DNA of 64,000 nt from Candidatus Scatosoma sp. (GCA_045655705.1 JAZOPU010000119.1:1013-65012); one strand, 5' to 3'; shown: positions 19,849 to 29,768, numbered from the stretch's first letter. The notes: generated by a model not told the origin, from the sequence alone. Made by a program: numbers and translations.

Positions 19849-19882
19849 AAAATTCCGCCGAGCGAGTGCTCGACGGAATTTT
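19849..19882. terminator. Bidirectional intrinsic terminator
   Basis: ATTCCGCCGAGC (19852-19863), GAGT loop, GCTCGACGGAAT (19868-19879) with one mismatch. Flanked by an A-run and a T-run between convergent genes. Confidence 0.7.
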
Positions 19883-20632
19883 TTATTCGGTTATGATTTG
19901 CGGAAGCTTTTCCACTTTAACGGTATTTGGAATGGTGTGGTTACTTACGATATAATCCACGTCGTTGAGTGAACAAAGATGGAATAGGGAAGTTTTTCCA
20001 AATTTCGTACTGTCGCAAAGGAAGACTTTTTTCGTGGCGTGCTTGATCATAGCTTTTCTAATCACGTTTTCTTCTTCAAAGCAGTCGTAAATTTCGCCGT
20101 TGTCGTCTACCGAGCGTGCGGAGAAAAAGGCGATATCCGCGTGGAAGTTTTTGATCATTTCTTCCGCATAGTGCCCAACGAGCACCGAACGGTTAATTTC
20201 TTGAATGCACCCGCCCGTAGAATAGGCGGCGATATTATTTTTGGCGAGCAAAGAAAGCGTGTCCACACCGTTGGTGATTACGCGAATGTTTTTAAACTCG
20301 GAAAGATATTCCGCGATAAAAAATGCGGAAGTCGTGCCGTCAAGAAAAATTAAATCCCCGTTCTTAATCAGCTTAATGGCGGCGAGTGCCATTTTTTTCT
20401 TTTCAAAACTGTTTTCGTGCACGCGAAAAGTAAAGCTGGGGAAGAAATTATTATCATCGTTGAGTTGTGCACCGCCGTGCGTACGCGTTACCAAACCTTT
20501 CTTTTGCAAAAGATTTAATTTTCTACGCACCGTGGACGGACTTACGTATAATTTTTCCGCAAGCTCTTCAATCGTTGCATACTGCGTGTTTTGTAAAATT
20601 TCCAGGATTTCTTTTTCTTGATTTTCTTTCAT
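19883..20632 (-). CDS. DeoR/GlpR family transcriptional regulator
   Basis: N-terminal DeoR HTH (YATIEELAEKLYVSPSTVRRKLNLLQKKGLVTRTHGGA) plus a C-terminal sugar-phosphate-binding domain. Divergent from the GlpA-like operon. Confidence 0.88.
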   Translation of the reverse strand: MKENQEKEILEILQNTQYATIEELAEKLYVSPSTVRRKLNLLQKKGLVTRTHGGAQLNDDNNFFPSFTFRVHENSFEKKKMALAAIKLIKNGDLIFLDGTTSAFFIAEYLSEFKNIRVITNGVDTLSLLAKNNIAAYSTGGCIQEINRSVLVGHYAEEMIKNFHADIAFFSARSVDDNGEIYDCFEEENVIRKAMIKHATKKVFLCDSTKFGKTSLFHLCSLNDVDYIVSNHTIPNTVKVEKLPQIITE

Positions 20633-20799
20633 TGCTTTTGCTCGTTTTGCAAAAAATGAGCGGTCATTTTCCGCAAAATTATCCTTTTTGTTTTCATAAT
20701 TGCAAATTTTGTAAATTCACTTTGCTAATTTGCTTATTTATATTATAATAAAGAAAAAAGACCTTGTCAAGTTTTTTAAGGAAAAAAGGAAGGATAAAA

Positions 20800-22236
20800 A
20801 TGCAAAAGTTTGACGTAATCGTAATCGGCGGGGGTGTAATCGGGGGTACGCTTTTAAGAGAGCTTACAAAGTATCGGTTGCAAGCTTGTCTTTTGGAAAA
20901 GGAAAACGACGTTTGTATGGGACAAAGCAAAGCCAACAGCGGTATTGTACACGCGGGTTTTGACGCAGTGCCCGGCACGTTAAAGGCAAAATTTAACGTT
21001 TTGGGTAATCAAATGATGGAAAACTACACGAAAGAGCTTGGCGTGAAGTATGAAAATAACGGCTCACTCGTCGTTGCGTTTTCCGAAGAAGAAATGCAAA
21101 CGCTACTCTCTTTAAAAGCGCGCGGAGAAGAAAACGGCGTTTTGGATATGGAAATTATCGATAAGGAAACACTTCGCGCGATCGAGCCGAATATTTCCGA
21201 CGAAGCGGTGGGCGCGTTGCACGCAAAAACGGGCGGTATCGTTTGCCCTTACGGCTTGACGATTGCGGCAATCGGCAACGCGATGGATAACGGTGCTAAA
21301 CTTTTTACTGATTTTGAAGTAGTAAAAATCCAAAAGCAAGCGGACGAATTTATCGTTACTTCCGCGCTTGGCGATAGCGTTGTGGGCAAAATCGTTATCA
21401 ACTGTGCAGGGCTTGCAAGCGGAAAGATTGCCAAGATTGCAGGAGATAACGACGTGGACGTCCGTGCAAGAAAGGGCGAATATATTTTGCTGGATAGAGA
21501 AAGCGGTGATTTTGTTTCACACACGCTTTTCTTCACGCCTACGAAAGCAGGCAAAGGTATTTTAGTTACGCAAACGGCAGATCATAATATCTTGCTTGGA
21601 CCTACGTCGGAAGAAATGGACGAAGCTTCCACAAACACGACGGCGCAAGGGCTTTCGTTTGTCATTGAAAAAGTGAATAAAATGGTGAAAAATCCGCCTC
21701 TTTTCAATACGATCACTTCGTTTGCAGGCGTTCGCGCATACTGCACGCGCCACGATTTTATTATCGAAGAAAGCAAAACGGTCAAAGGCTTGATCCATTG
21801 TGCAGGGGTAGAATCGCCCGGACTTACTTCCGCACCCGCGATTGCAAAATTCGTTACGGAAGAGCTGGTTGGAAATATAATCAATCTTGAAAAGAACGAA
21901 AACTTTAACGGTATTCGCAAAAGCGAAGCGTATTTTAAGGATCTTTCCATAGAAGAAAAGAATGCGGTGATAGCAAAAGATCCCGCATACGGAAAGATTG
22001 TTTGCCGTTGCGAACAAATTACCGAAGGCGAAATCGTGCGCGCCGTTCGCGAAAACCCGCCCGCTAAAAACGTGGACGCGGTAAAGCGTAGAACGAGAGC
22101 GGGAATGGGTAGATGCCAAGGCGGATTTTGTCAACCGCACGTGGCGGAGATTATTGCAAGAGAACTTGGTATACCATTTGAAGAAGTAACGAAAAACGGT
22201 GCGGGCTCTGCGCTCGTTATGGGGGTAAGCAAATGA
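20800..22236 (+). CDS. FAD-dependent glycerol-3-phosphate dehydrogenase-like oxidoreductase with C-terminal BFD-like [2Fe-2S] domain
   Basis: DVIVIGGGVIGG dinucleotide motif. C-terminal CRCEQITEGEI...RAGMGRCQGGFC. ATG 20800 follows AAGGAAGGA. Confidence 0.8.
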   Translation: MQKFDVIVIGGGVIGGTLLRELTKYRLQACLLEKENDVCMGQSKANSGIVHAGFDAVPGTLKAKFNVLGNQMMENYTKELGVKYENNGSLVVAFSEEEMQTLLSLKARGEENGVLDMEIIDKETLRAIEPNISDEAVGALHAKTGGIVCPYGLTIAAIGNAMDNGAKLFTDFEVVKIQKQADEFIVTSALGDSVVGKIVINCAGLASGKIAKIAGDNDVDVRARKGEYILLDRESGDFVSHTLFFTPTKAGKGILVTQTADHNILLGPTSEEMDEASTNTTAQGLSFVIEKVNKMVKNPPLFNTITSFAGVRAYCTRHDFIIEESKTVKGLIHCAGVESPGLTSAPAIAKFVTEELVGNIINLEKNENFNGIRKSEAYFKDLSIEEKNAVIAKDPAYGKIVCRCEQITEGEIVRAVRENPPAKNVDAVKRRTRAGMGRCQGGFCQPHVAEIIARELGIPFEEVTKNGAGSALVMGVSK

Positions 22237-23492
22237 AACAAACGTATGATATCGTGATTATAGGCGGTGGTCCTGCGGGGCTCGCCGCGGCGGTTTCCGC
22301 GTATGAAAGCGGAGTGAAAGATATTCTTATTTTAGAAAGAGAAGCAAGACTTGGGGGTATACTCAATCAATGTATACATAACGGCTTTGGATTAACGCGC
22401 TTTAAGGAAAGTTTAGCTGGTCCTGAATATGCCGCACGTTTCGTTGACGAAGTGCTTGCAAGGGATATCGACGTTATGAAAGAAACAACGGTGCTCGCTC
22501 TTTCAAACGATAAAATCGTAACGGCAATGAACGAAGAATACGGTGTATTTACCGTTCAGGCAAAAGCGGTTATTTTAGCCATGGGCTGTCGTGAAAGAAG
22601 CCGTGGCGCATTGAACGTGGCAGGTAGCAGACCTGCGGGTGTATATTCGGCAGGTACTGCGCAAAAATACGTGAATATAAAAGGCTATATGCCCGGGAAA
22701 AGCGTTGTTATTCTCGGTTCGGGGGATATCGGCTTGATTATGGCAAGGCGTATGACTTTGGAGGGCGCAAAGGTACACGCCGTTTGTGAAATCATGCCTT
22801 ATTCCAGTGGCTTGAAACGTAATATTGCGCAGTGCTTGGACGATTTTGATATTCCTCTTTATCTCAATCACACCATCACGAAAATTGAAGGTGAAGGACG
22901 CGTAACGGGCGTTGTCGTGTCCGAAGTGGACGCGAATAAAAAGCCTATCCCAGGCACGGAAATGCACTTTGATTGCGATACCGTTTTATTCTCGGTTGGG
23001 CTTATCCCTGAAAACGAGCTGACGAAAGGTGCAGGAGTGCCCTTATCTCCCCGCACGCGCGGTGCGATCGTGTATCAAAACCGCGAAACGCTCACAAGCG
23101 GTATCTTTGCTTGCGGTAACGTTTTACAGGTGCACGATCTCGTCGATTTCGTATCCGAAGAATCCGAGCTTGCAGGGGCTTGTGCGGCAAAATACGTGCA
23201 GGAAGGCGCAAAGGAGCGCGATAGCGTAGACGTTGTAAACGGTAAAAACGTGGGCTACGTCGTACCGCAAAAAATAGATAAAAACGAAAACGGACACGTG
23301 AAGCTGTTCTTCCGTGTTACCAATACCTTCCGTAACTGTAAAATCGTTGCAAAATGCGGAGACGAGGTGCTTTTGGAACGCAAGAAGAAAATCGTTGTTC
23401 CAGGTGAAATGGAAACGTTGTTATTAACGGAAGCAAAAATTGCCACGGTGAACGGGGCAATAGAAGTAGTGGTAGAGGAGGAATCGTTATGA
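22233..23492 (+). CDS. FAD/NAD(P)-binding pyridine nucleotide-disulfide oxidoreductase family protein
   Basis: YDIVIIGGGPAGLAAA and VVILGSGDIGLIMA, two Rossmann motifs. Overlaps the upstream gene (ATGA). Confidence 0.8.
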   Translation: MKQTYDIVIIGGGPAGLAAAVSAYESGVKDILILEREARLGGILNQCIHNGFGLTRFKESLAGPEYAARFVDEVLARDIDVMKETTVLALSNDKIVTAMNEEYGVFTVQAKAVILAMGCRERSRGALNVAGSRPAGVYSAGTAQKYVNIKGYMPGKSVVILGSGDIGLIMARRMTLEGAKVHAVCEIMPYSSGLKRNIAQCLDDFDIPLYLNHTITKIEGEGRVTGVVVSEVDANKKPIPGTEMHFDCDTVLFSVGLIPENELTKGAGVPLSPRTRGAIVYQNRETLTSGIFACGNVLQVHDLVDFVSEESELAGACAAKYVQEGAKERDSVDVVNGKNVGYVVPQKIDKNENGHVKLFFRVTNTFRNCKIVAKCGDEVLLERKKKIVVPGEMETLLLTEAKIATVNGAIEVVVEEESL

Positions 23493-23833
23493 TTAAAACG
23501 CTTACTTGTATCGAATGTCCGATCGGCTGTGAAGTGGAAGTCACGTTAGAAGAAGGAAAAGTCGTCTTGGTAAAAGGCAATTCTTGCCCGCGCGGAAAAA
23601 TGTATGCGGAAAACGAAGTAGTATGCCCTAAACGCGTCGTAACTTCTACCGTTAGGGCAAAAAGCGGGGAAATGATACCCGTAAAAACGGATAAACCCGT
23701 TAAAAAGAGTGAAATATTCACCGTTATGCAAAAAATCAATCAAACGACCTGTGCATTACCCGTGAAAATCGGCGACGTGTTGGTTGAAAATATTTCCGAA
23801 GACGCCAACTTAATTGTGGCAGGAAACGCTTGA
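23489..23833 (+). CDS. DUF1667 domain protein
   Basis: LTCIECPIGCEVEV...GNSCPRG Cys pattern. Third member of the commonly co-occurring GlpA-like/oxidoreductase/DUF1667 trio. Confidence 0.75.
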   Translation: MIKTLTCIECPIGCEVEVTLEEGKVVLVKGNSCPRGKMYAENEVVCPKRVVTSTVRAKSGEMIPVKTDKPVKKSEIFTVMQKINQTTCALPVKIGDVLVENISEDANLIVAGNA

Positions 23834-23858
23834 AAAATTTAAAAATATATGCTATGAT
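23830..23858 (+). promoter_or_regulatory. Sigma-A type promoter upstream of the HAD-IIA gene, overlapped by a palindrome
   Basis: TTGAAA (23830-23835), 17 nt, TGC-TATGAT (23853-23858). An 11-bp-arm inverted repeat at 23845-23869 covers the -10. Confidence 0.5.
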
Positions 23859-23887
23859 ATAGCATATATAATTGCATTGGAGATAGA

Positions 23888-24703
23888 ATGAAAGATTATT
23901 TTGGAAAAAACGCCGACGTACTGACGAAAAAGAAATTGTTTCTTTTTGATATGGACGGCACGATCTATCGTGAAAACGATCTTTTTGACGGCGTGATCGA
24001 ATTATTAGCAAAGATCAAAAATAGCGGGGGGAGATATGCGTTTATCACCAACAACCCTTCAAAATCGGTAAAAGACTACGTGAAAAAATTACATCGTCTT
24101 GGAATTAAAGAAGTGAGTGAAGAAAACTTTTTCACTTCCGCACAAGCGGCGATGATGATTTTAAAAGAAAAAATTGGCGATGCCCTGTTGTATGCACAGG
24201 GCACGAAATCGTTTATAAAAGAGTTAAAGTCGGGCGGTTTTCGCGTAACGCAAAAATATACCGAAAACGCTGCGGCTGTGCTCGTTGCGTTCGACCCCGA
24301 GCTTACGGGCGAAAAACTGCGGACGACCTGCAAAATGCTCACGAAAAACAATATTCCCTACTATGCAACCAACCCTGATTGGGTTTGTCCCGTGGATTTT
24401 GGCGCGATTCCCGATTGCGGGTCTATGTGCGTAGGGATTGAATACGCAACGGGGAAAAAACCGATATTTATCGGCAAGCCTGAACCGACGATGATTTTTG
24501 AACTTATGAAAAAGTTTGGCTATGAGAAACAAGACGTCGTGGTGATCGGGGATAGATTGTATACGGATATCGCTTCGGGTGTGAACGCGGGCGTGGATAC
24601 CATTTGCGTGTTGACAGGGGAAGCTACCCTTGACGATATCGCAAAAGCAACCCCTAGCGACACACCGACGTTCGTGTTTGAATCGGTGAAAGATTTGATT
24701 TAG
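23888..24703 (+). CDS. HAD-IIA family phosphatase (NagD/AraL-like)
   Basis: FLFDMDGTIY (DxDGT), ITNNPS, GKPEP, VIGDRLYTDI. Confidence 0.85.
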   Translation: MKDYFGKNADVLTKKKLFLFDMDGTIYRENDLFDGVIELLAKIKNSGGRYAFITNNPSKSVKDYVKKLHRLGIKEVSEENFFTSAQAAMMILKEKIGDALLYAQGTKSFIKELKSGGFRVTQKYTENAAAVLVAFDPELTGEKLRTTCKMLTKNNIPYYATNPDWVCPVDFGAIPDCGSMCVGIEYATGKKPIFIGKPEPTMIFELMKKFGYEKQDVVVIGDRLYTDIASGVNAGVDTICVLTGEATLDDIAKATPSDTPTFVFESVKDLI

Positions 24704-24730
24704 TAAATTATAATATAAGGAGTAAGGAAA

Positions 24731-25378
24731 ATGGAAGAATTTATTAGACAGCTTTGGATGATGCCGGGGCTTTTGCTTTCGGTTTTGCTTGGTTTTGCTA
24801 TCGGGTTTGAAAGAAAACTCCGTTTCAAAGAAGCAGGTATCCGTACGCACACGATCGTATGCGTTGGTTCGGCGCTTATGACGATTATTTCCACGAATAT
24901 CGGTAACGGCGATCCTGGGCGTATCGCCGCGCAAATCGTTACGGGTATCGGTTTCCTTGGCGCGGGTATGATTGTGTATAAACAACACGAAGTCAAAGGT
25001 CTTACCACGGCGGCGGGAATTTGGACGTCCGCGGGCGTGGGTATGGCTTGCGGGGCAGGACTTTTCTATCTTGCAATCGGCACAACCGCACTGCTTATTA
25101 TCGTACAATGTGTTTTTCATGCAAATCTTAAAATTTTTCACTCAAAACGCTACTATTCGGTAAAAATTGAGTTCATACATACGGGCGATGAGAATTTGAA
25201 AATTAAAGAGATTTTCGGTACGGATAGGTTTAATCATTTGGTACTGAAAAGGGGAGAAGATCAAGTTGTGTATAGCGCAACGCTGAACACGGACAAAGAA
25301 TTTTCTTCAACACGGCTAAATGAAATTATTTCCGAAAATCCTTTTATTTGTTCGATTGAACGTTGTGAGAACGATTGA
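24731..25378 (+). CDS. MgtC/SapB family membrane protein
   Basis: GFAIGFERKLRFKEAGIRTHTIVCVGSAL followed by TM helices and a soluble C-terminal domain. Confidence 0.85.
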   Translation: MEEFIRQLWMMPGLLLSVLLGFAIGFERKLRFKEAGIRTHTIVCVGSALMTIISTNIGNGDPGRIAAQIVTGIGFLGAGMIVYKQHEVKGLTTAAGIWTSAGVGMACGAGLFYLAIGTTALLIIVQCVFHANLKIFHSKRYYSVKIEFIHTGDENLKIKEIFGTDRFNHLVLKRGEDQVVYSATLNTDKEFSSTRLNEIISENPFICSIERCEND

Positions 25379-25384
25379 TAAGCA

Positions 25385-25409
25385 AAACCGCACCCGTGGG
25401 GTGCGGTTT
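25385..25409. terminator. Bidirectional intrinsic terminator
   Basis: AAACCGCACCC (25385-25395), GTG loop, GGGTGCGGTTT (25399-25409), between convergent genes. Confidence 0.75.
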
Positions 25410-25414
25410 AATCG

Positions 25415-26296
25415 TTATTTGATACTGCTTCTATATTCGCTGGGAGTCATGGATACGTGTTTTTTAAATACGAACGTGAAAGTGGAAACGCTGTCAAAAC
25501 ACAGCTTGTCTGCAATCTCCGCAAAGGAGAAGTTTTTTCGTATGAGTTTTTTGGCTTCGTCGATTTTTAGCTTTAAATACGTTTGATAAATGGTCATACC
25601 CGTCTTTTTTCTAAAAAACGTACAAAGCTGTGTCGTGCCATAGTGCAGTTCTTCGCGCAAATCTTCTAATCGGAATTTATCGTATACCCGTTTTTTTAGA
25701 ATTCGTACGATCTCGTCTTGAAGCTCGGTGGAATCGGCGATTTTGGAAACAAAAAATTCTTGGGAAAAATCCTTTTTTTGTGCATGACGCAAAAGGTAAA
25801 TAAGCAACGTTTCAAGTGAGTTCTTAATAATTTGCTCACCGCCTAAATTGGGATTGTCTTTGAGTTTAAGCTCCGTTAAATTGGGGTCAAATTCAGGCAA
25901 ATTAAACGTTTCCGTGGCTTCCGACATAATATTTTGCAATAAAAAACGAAACTTTTCGGGTAACTCGTATTTTTTATCACAAAAAAATTGCATGGACGGG
26001 GAACGGCAGGTGAAAGAAATGATAAAAAGGTTGGGCTCTTTATCCCCGCTTTCCACGTAGTGCGGTTGATTGGGCTTGATAAAAACAATCTCGCCCTGTT
26101 TGAGCTTGATCTTTTCCTCTCCAAGTCCCACCGTGATATCTTCTTTATCCGCGTAGTTAATCTCCCAGAAATCGTGTGTTTCTTCGGGAAAAACGTAGTT
26201 TCTTTCTAACGCTTGATAGTGGATCGTTACAATCTTTTGAATGTTTAAAAGATTGGAGATCTTGTGCATATAAAATTTTTTCTTTTCCGTTTCCAT
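25415..26296 (-). CDS. AraC family transcriptional regulator (cupin sensor plus HTH)
   Basis: N-terminal cupin-like domain. C-terminal AraC double HTH (LEDLREELHYGTTQLCTFFRKKTG...FSFAEIADKLCFDSVSTFTFVFKKHVSMTPSEYR). Confidence 0.88.
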   Translation of the reverse strand: METEKKKFYMHKISNLLNIQKIVTIHYQALERNYVFPEETHDFWEINYADKEDITVGLGEEKIKLKQGEIVFIKPNQPHYVESGDKEPNLFIISFTCRSPSMQFFCDKKYELPEKFRFLLQNIMSEATETFNLPEFDPNLTELKLKDNPNLGGEQIIKNSLETLLIYLLRHAQKKDFSQEFFVSKIADSTELQDEIVRILKKRVYDKFRLEDLREELHYGTTQLCTFFRKKTGMTIYQTYLKLKIDEAKKLIRKNFSFAEIADKLCFDSVSTFTFVFKKHVSMTPSEYRSSIK

Positions 26297-26428
26297 AGCT
26301 TTATTATAACAAATACTTTTGCATTTGTAAATAGTTTTTCAAAAAAAATTGTTTGATTTTTAATAAAAAATAAACAGCGAAAGAATAACATAAAAAAGTG
26401 AAATAATTTCTATTGCAATTTTTCTTAA

Positions 26429-27547
<1,119 letters not shown>

Positions 27548-27574
27548 ATTATCTATTTGAGTTTAATAACAAAA

Positions 27575-27611
27575 ATCGCTGAATGTCTTGAAAATAAAGA
27601 CTTTCAGCGAT
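27575..27611. terminator. Bidirectional intrinsic terminator (nahK and tRNA-Thr)
   Basis: ATCGCTGAATGTCTT (27575-27589) pairs with AAGACTTTCAGCGAT (27597-27611) with one internal mismatch. Flanked by an A-run and a T-run. Confidence 0.75.
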
Positions 27612-27619
27612 TTTATATT

Positions 27620-27695
<76 letters not shown>

Positions 27696-27713
27696 ATTAA
27701 ACTTTACTATGAC

Positions 27714-27742
27714 ATTATAGTGAAAAATAATGGAAATGTCAA
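27714..27742 (-). promoter_or_regulatory. Consensus sigma-A promoter for tRNA-Thr
   Basis: On the minus strand: TTGACA (27742-27737), 17 nt, TATAAT (27719-27714), about 19 nt before the mature 5' end. Confidence 0.65.
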
Positions 27743-27864
27743 GTTAAAAATGTGCCTTTTATAAAAATTTTTAAACTTTCTCCACGCTTTTTCTTTTCCG
27801 ACGTAAATATCATTGGAAATTTTTATCTTTTTGTAAAAATCCCGCTCTATTCCCCTTAAAATAT

Positions 27865-27893
27865 TTGACAAATGCTTTTTTTTGTTATATAAT
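27865..27893 (+). promoter_or_regulatory. Consensus sigma-A promoter for tRNA-Trp
   Basis: TTGACA (27865-27870), 17 nt, TATAAT (27888-27893), 12 nt before the tRNA. Confidence 0.65.
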
Positions 27894-27905
27894 AGCTACG
27901 TTGTT

Positions 27906-27980
27906 AGGGGAGTGGCTCAACGGTAGAGTAGCGGTCTCCAAAACCGTAGGTTGCGTGTTCGAATCGCGTCTCCCCTGCCA
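27906..27980 (+). tRNA. tRNA-Trp (anticodon CCA)
   Basis: AGGGGAGTGGCTCAACGGTAGAGTAGCGGTCTCCAAAACCGTAGGTTGCGTGTTCGAATCGCGTCTCCCCTGCCA. Acceptor AGGGGAG/CTCCCCT, anticodon loop CTCCAAA, T loop TTCGAAT. CCA is encoded. Confidence 0.93.
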
Positions 27981-27987
27981 AGGCTAT

Positions 27988-28026
27988 GCGCCCCAAAAGG
28001 AAACTTTTGGGGCGCACTTATTTTAT
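27988..28026 (+). terminator. Intrinsic terminator after tRNA-Trp
   Basis: GCGCCCCAAAAG (27988-27999), GAAA loop, CTTTTGGGGCGC (28004-28015), a perfect 12-bp stem followed by ACTTATTTTATT. Confidence 0.8.
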
Positions 28027-28043
28027 TACGAAAAGAGGGAACA

Positions 28044-28505
28044 ATGAAAGAAGTAACCTTATACACAGACGGAGCGTGTTCGGGAAACCCTGGGCTTGGC
28101 GGTTATGGCGGTATACTTATCTATGGGGATATCAAGCGCGAATACAGTGGGGCGGAAGAAGATACGACGAATAACCGTATGGAGCTTATGGCGGTAATCA
28201 TAGGGTTAGAACGCCTAAAATATCCATGTAAAGTGGACGTGTATAGCGATTCTGCGTATACGGTGAACGCTTTTTTAAACGGTTGGATTTACGGTTGGAG
28301 AAAAAACGGTTGGAAGAAAGCGGACGGCAAAGCGGTGTTAAACGTAGATTTATGGGAAAAGCTGTACGCCTTAACGACAGAGCACCAAGTAACCTTTCAT
28401 AAAGTGGCAGGGCACGCGGACAATGCGTTAAACAACCGTTGTGACGAGCTTGCCCGAGAAGCCGTTGCCAATCTTAGAGAAAATTTATCTGCAATCAAAC
28501 GTTAA
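28044..28505 (+). CDS. rnhA: Ribonuclease HI
   Basis: MKEVTLYTDGACSGNPG, TNNRMELMAVI, VYSDSAY, HKVAGHADNALNNRCDELA give the DEDD catalytic pattern. ATG 28044 follows AGAGGGA. The ORF-track extension to 27951 overlaps the tRNA. Confidence 0.92.
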   Translation: MKEVTLYTDGACSGNPGLGGYGGILIYGDIKREYSGAEEDTTNNRMELMAVIIGLERLKYPCKVDVYSDSAYTVNAFLNGWIYGWRKNGWKKADGKAVLNVDLWEKLYALTTEHQVTFHKVAGHADNALNNRCDELAREAVANLRENLSAIKR

Positions 28506-28563
28506 TCTTCATAAAAAAGCCCATACTATAATATTATAAGGAAGACACGTTCAAGGGGGCGAG

Positions 28564-29490
28564 ATGGATAAAGAGCAAAAGCAACGCGAAAAAGGTGCAA
28601 AGGGTATTATGCCGCTTGCGTTTATACTTTTGTGCGTTTCCGCTGGTTGCATTGTTTTCGCAACGCTTTGTTTATACGCTTCTATAAACGCATTTTTTAT
28701 GAAAAATGCTTTCTTGTTATCCATATCAAGTGGTATATTGATTATCGCTTTGTTTGTCTTTTGCGTATGGTTGTATTATCGTGGTAAAGAAAGAGCTTTT
28801 AAAGCGATTTTTATTTTATATGTTCTTTTGTTTTTTTGTTTGGTTTTGTGCTTTGCATTACAAAAAACAGGCTTTTTCAATGTTATAAAAGATCCCGCAA
28901 GCTTACAAGCGTATTTGGAAAACGCAGGTGCTTGGATGCCCGTGTTTTACGTGTTGTTGCAATATTTACAAGTGGTCGTATTACCCATTCCAAGCATTGT
29001 CAGCACGGTGGCTGGCGTTGCGTTGTTTGGACCGCTGGGGACAACGATTTATTCTTTGATTGGGATATTATTAGGTTCGCTTACCGCATTTTTTATCGGT
29101 CGAAAATTGGGCAATAAAGCCGTTTCGTGGATGGTAGGGGAAGAAACGCTTGAAAAATGGCAAAAAAAACTCAAAGGCAAAGATAATCTTGTTTTGACTT
29201 TAATGTTTCTATTGCCCGTTTTTCCTGATGATATCTTATGCTTTATAGCAGGTCTTTCTTCGATGCGTTTTGGGTATTTTACCGTTATGATCGTCGTTTC
29301 CCGCGTACTTGCGATCACCGCGACTTGCTATTCCATCAATTTTATTCCCTTTAACACGTGGTGGGGGATCACGATATGGTGTGCTTTGATCGCCTCGATT
29401 GTGGTTGCCTTTATATATATACACCGTAATTTTGATAAAATACAAAACGTACTTTCAAAACGTTTTAAAATATTTCGCAAAAAGAAATAA
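28564..29490 (+). CDS. TVP38/TMEM64 (DedA-related) family membrane protein with N-terminal TM extension
   Basis: The core VVLPIPSIVSTVAGVALFG...GRKLG...LLPVFPDDILCFIAGLS is typical of the family. Several additional N-terminal helices. Confidence 0.8.
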   Translation: MDKEQKQREKGAKGIMPLAFILLCVSAGCIVFATLCLYASINAFFMKNAFLLSISSGILIIALFVFCVWLYYRGKERAFKAIFILYVLLFFCLVLCFALQKTGFFNVIKDPASLQAYLENAGAWMPVFYVLLQYLQVVVLPIPSIVSTVAGVALFGPLGTTIYSLIGILLGSLTAFFIGRKLGNKAVSWMVGEETLEKWQKKLKGKDNLVLTLMFLLPVFPDDILCFIAGLSSMRFGYFTVMIVVSRVLAITATCYSINFIPFNTWWGITIWCALIASIVVAFIYIHRNFDKIQNVLSKRFKIFRKKK

Positions 29491-29503
29491 CGGATAAATT
29501 AAT

Positions 29504-29541
29504 GCATCTTTTCACATACTTTGAAGAAGAGATGCTTTTTT
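29504..29541 (+). terminator. Intrinsic terminator
   Basis: GCATCTTTTC (29504-29513) pairs with GAAGAGATGC (29526-29535) with one G-U pair, then TTTTTT (29536-29541). Confidence 0.7.
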
Positions 29542-29665
29542 ATTTATAATGAACAATTTTTTCAATTTAATCGTGCTTTATTATCGAAAATATGCATTTT
29601 CTTGTCCAAGAAAAACACGGTTGTCGTTTTTTTGTGAAAAAATAAAATTTTATACGTTCATTCAC

Positions 29666-29694
29666 TTGCAATTTTAAATTGTTTGCGCTATAAT
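29666..29694 (+). promoter_or_regulatory. Sigma-A type promoter of the decarboxylase operon
   Basis: TTGCAA (29666-29671), 17 nt, TATAAT (29689-29694), about 75 nt before ATG 29769. Confidence 0.6.
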
Positions 29695-29768
29695 GGTATT
29701 TGGTAGAAAGTCGTCAAAAAAGTAAGAATTTTCTTATTTTTAGACGCAAAATTTCTTGGAGGAGCAAT

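Noticed and set aside
24224-25141. 305-aa minus-strand ORF spanning the HAD-IIA 3' half, the intergenic gap and the MgtC 5' half.
   Set aside because: It is Arg/His/Lys-rich nonsense-like sequence. It overlaps two well-supported + strand genes and crosses their intergenic region. I judge it an antisense artefact.
27951-28043. N-terminal extensions offered by the ORF track (27951 for rnhA, and also 8069, 13217, 14278, 15652, 20764, 29700, 44961, 51559 and 55654).
   Set aside because: Each extension overlaps a tRNA, an upstream gene or a promoter element. Each also has a better internal start with a Shine-Dalgarno sequence and a family-typical N-terminus.
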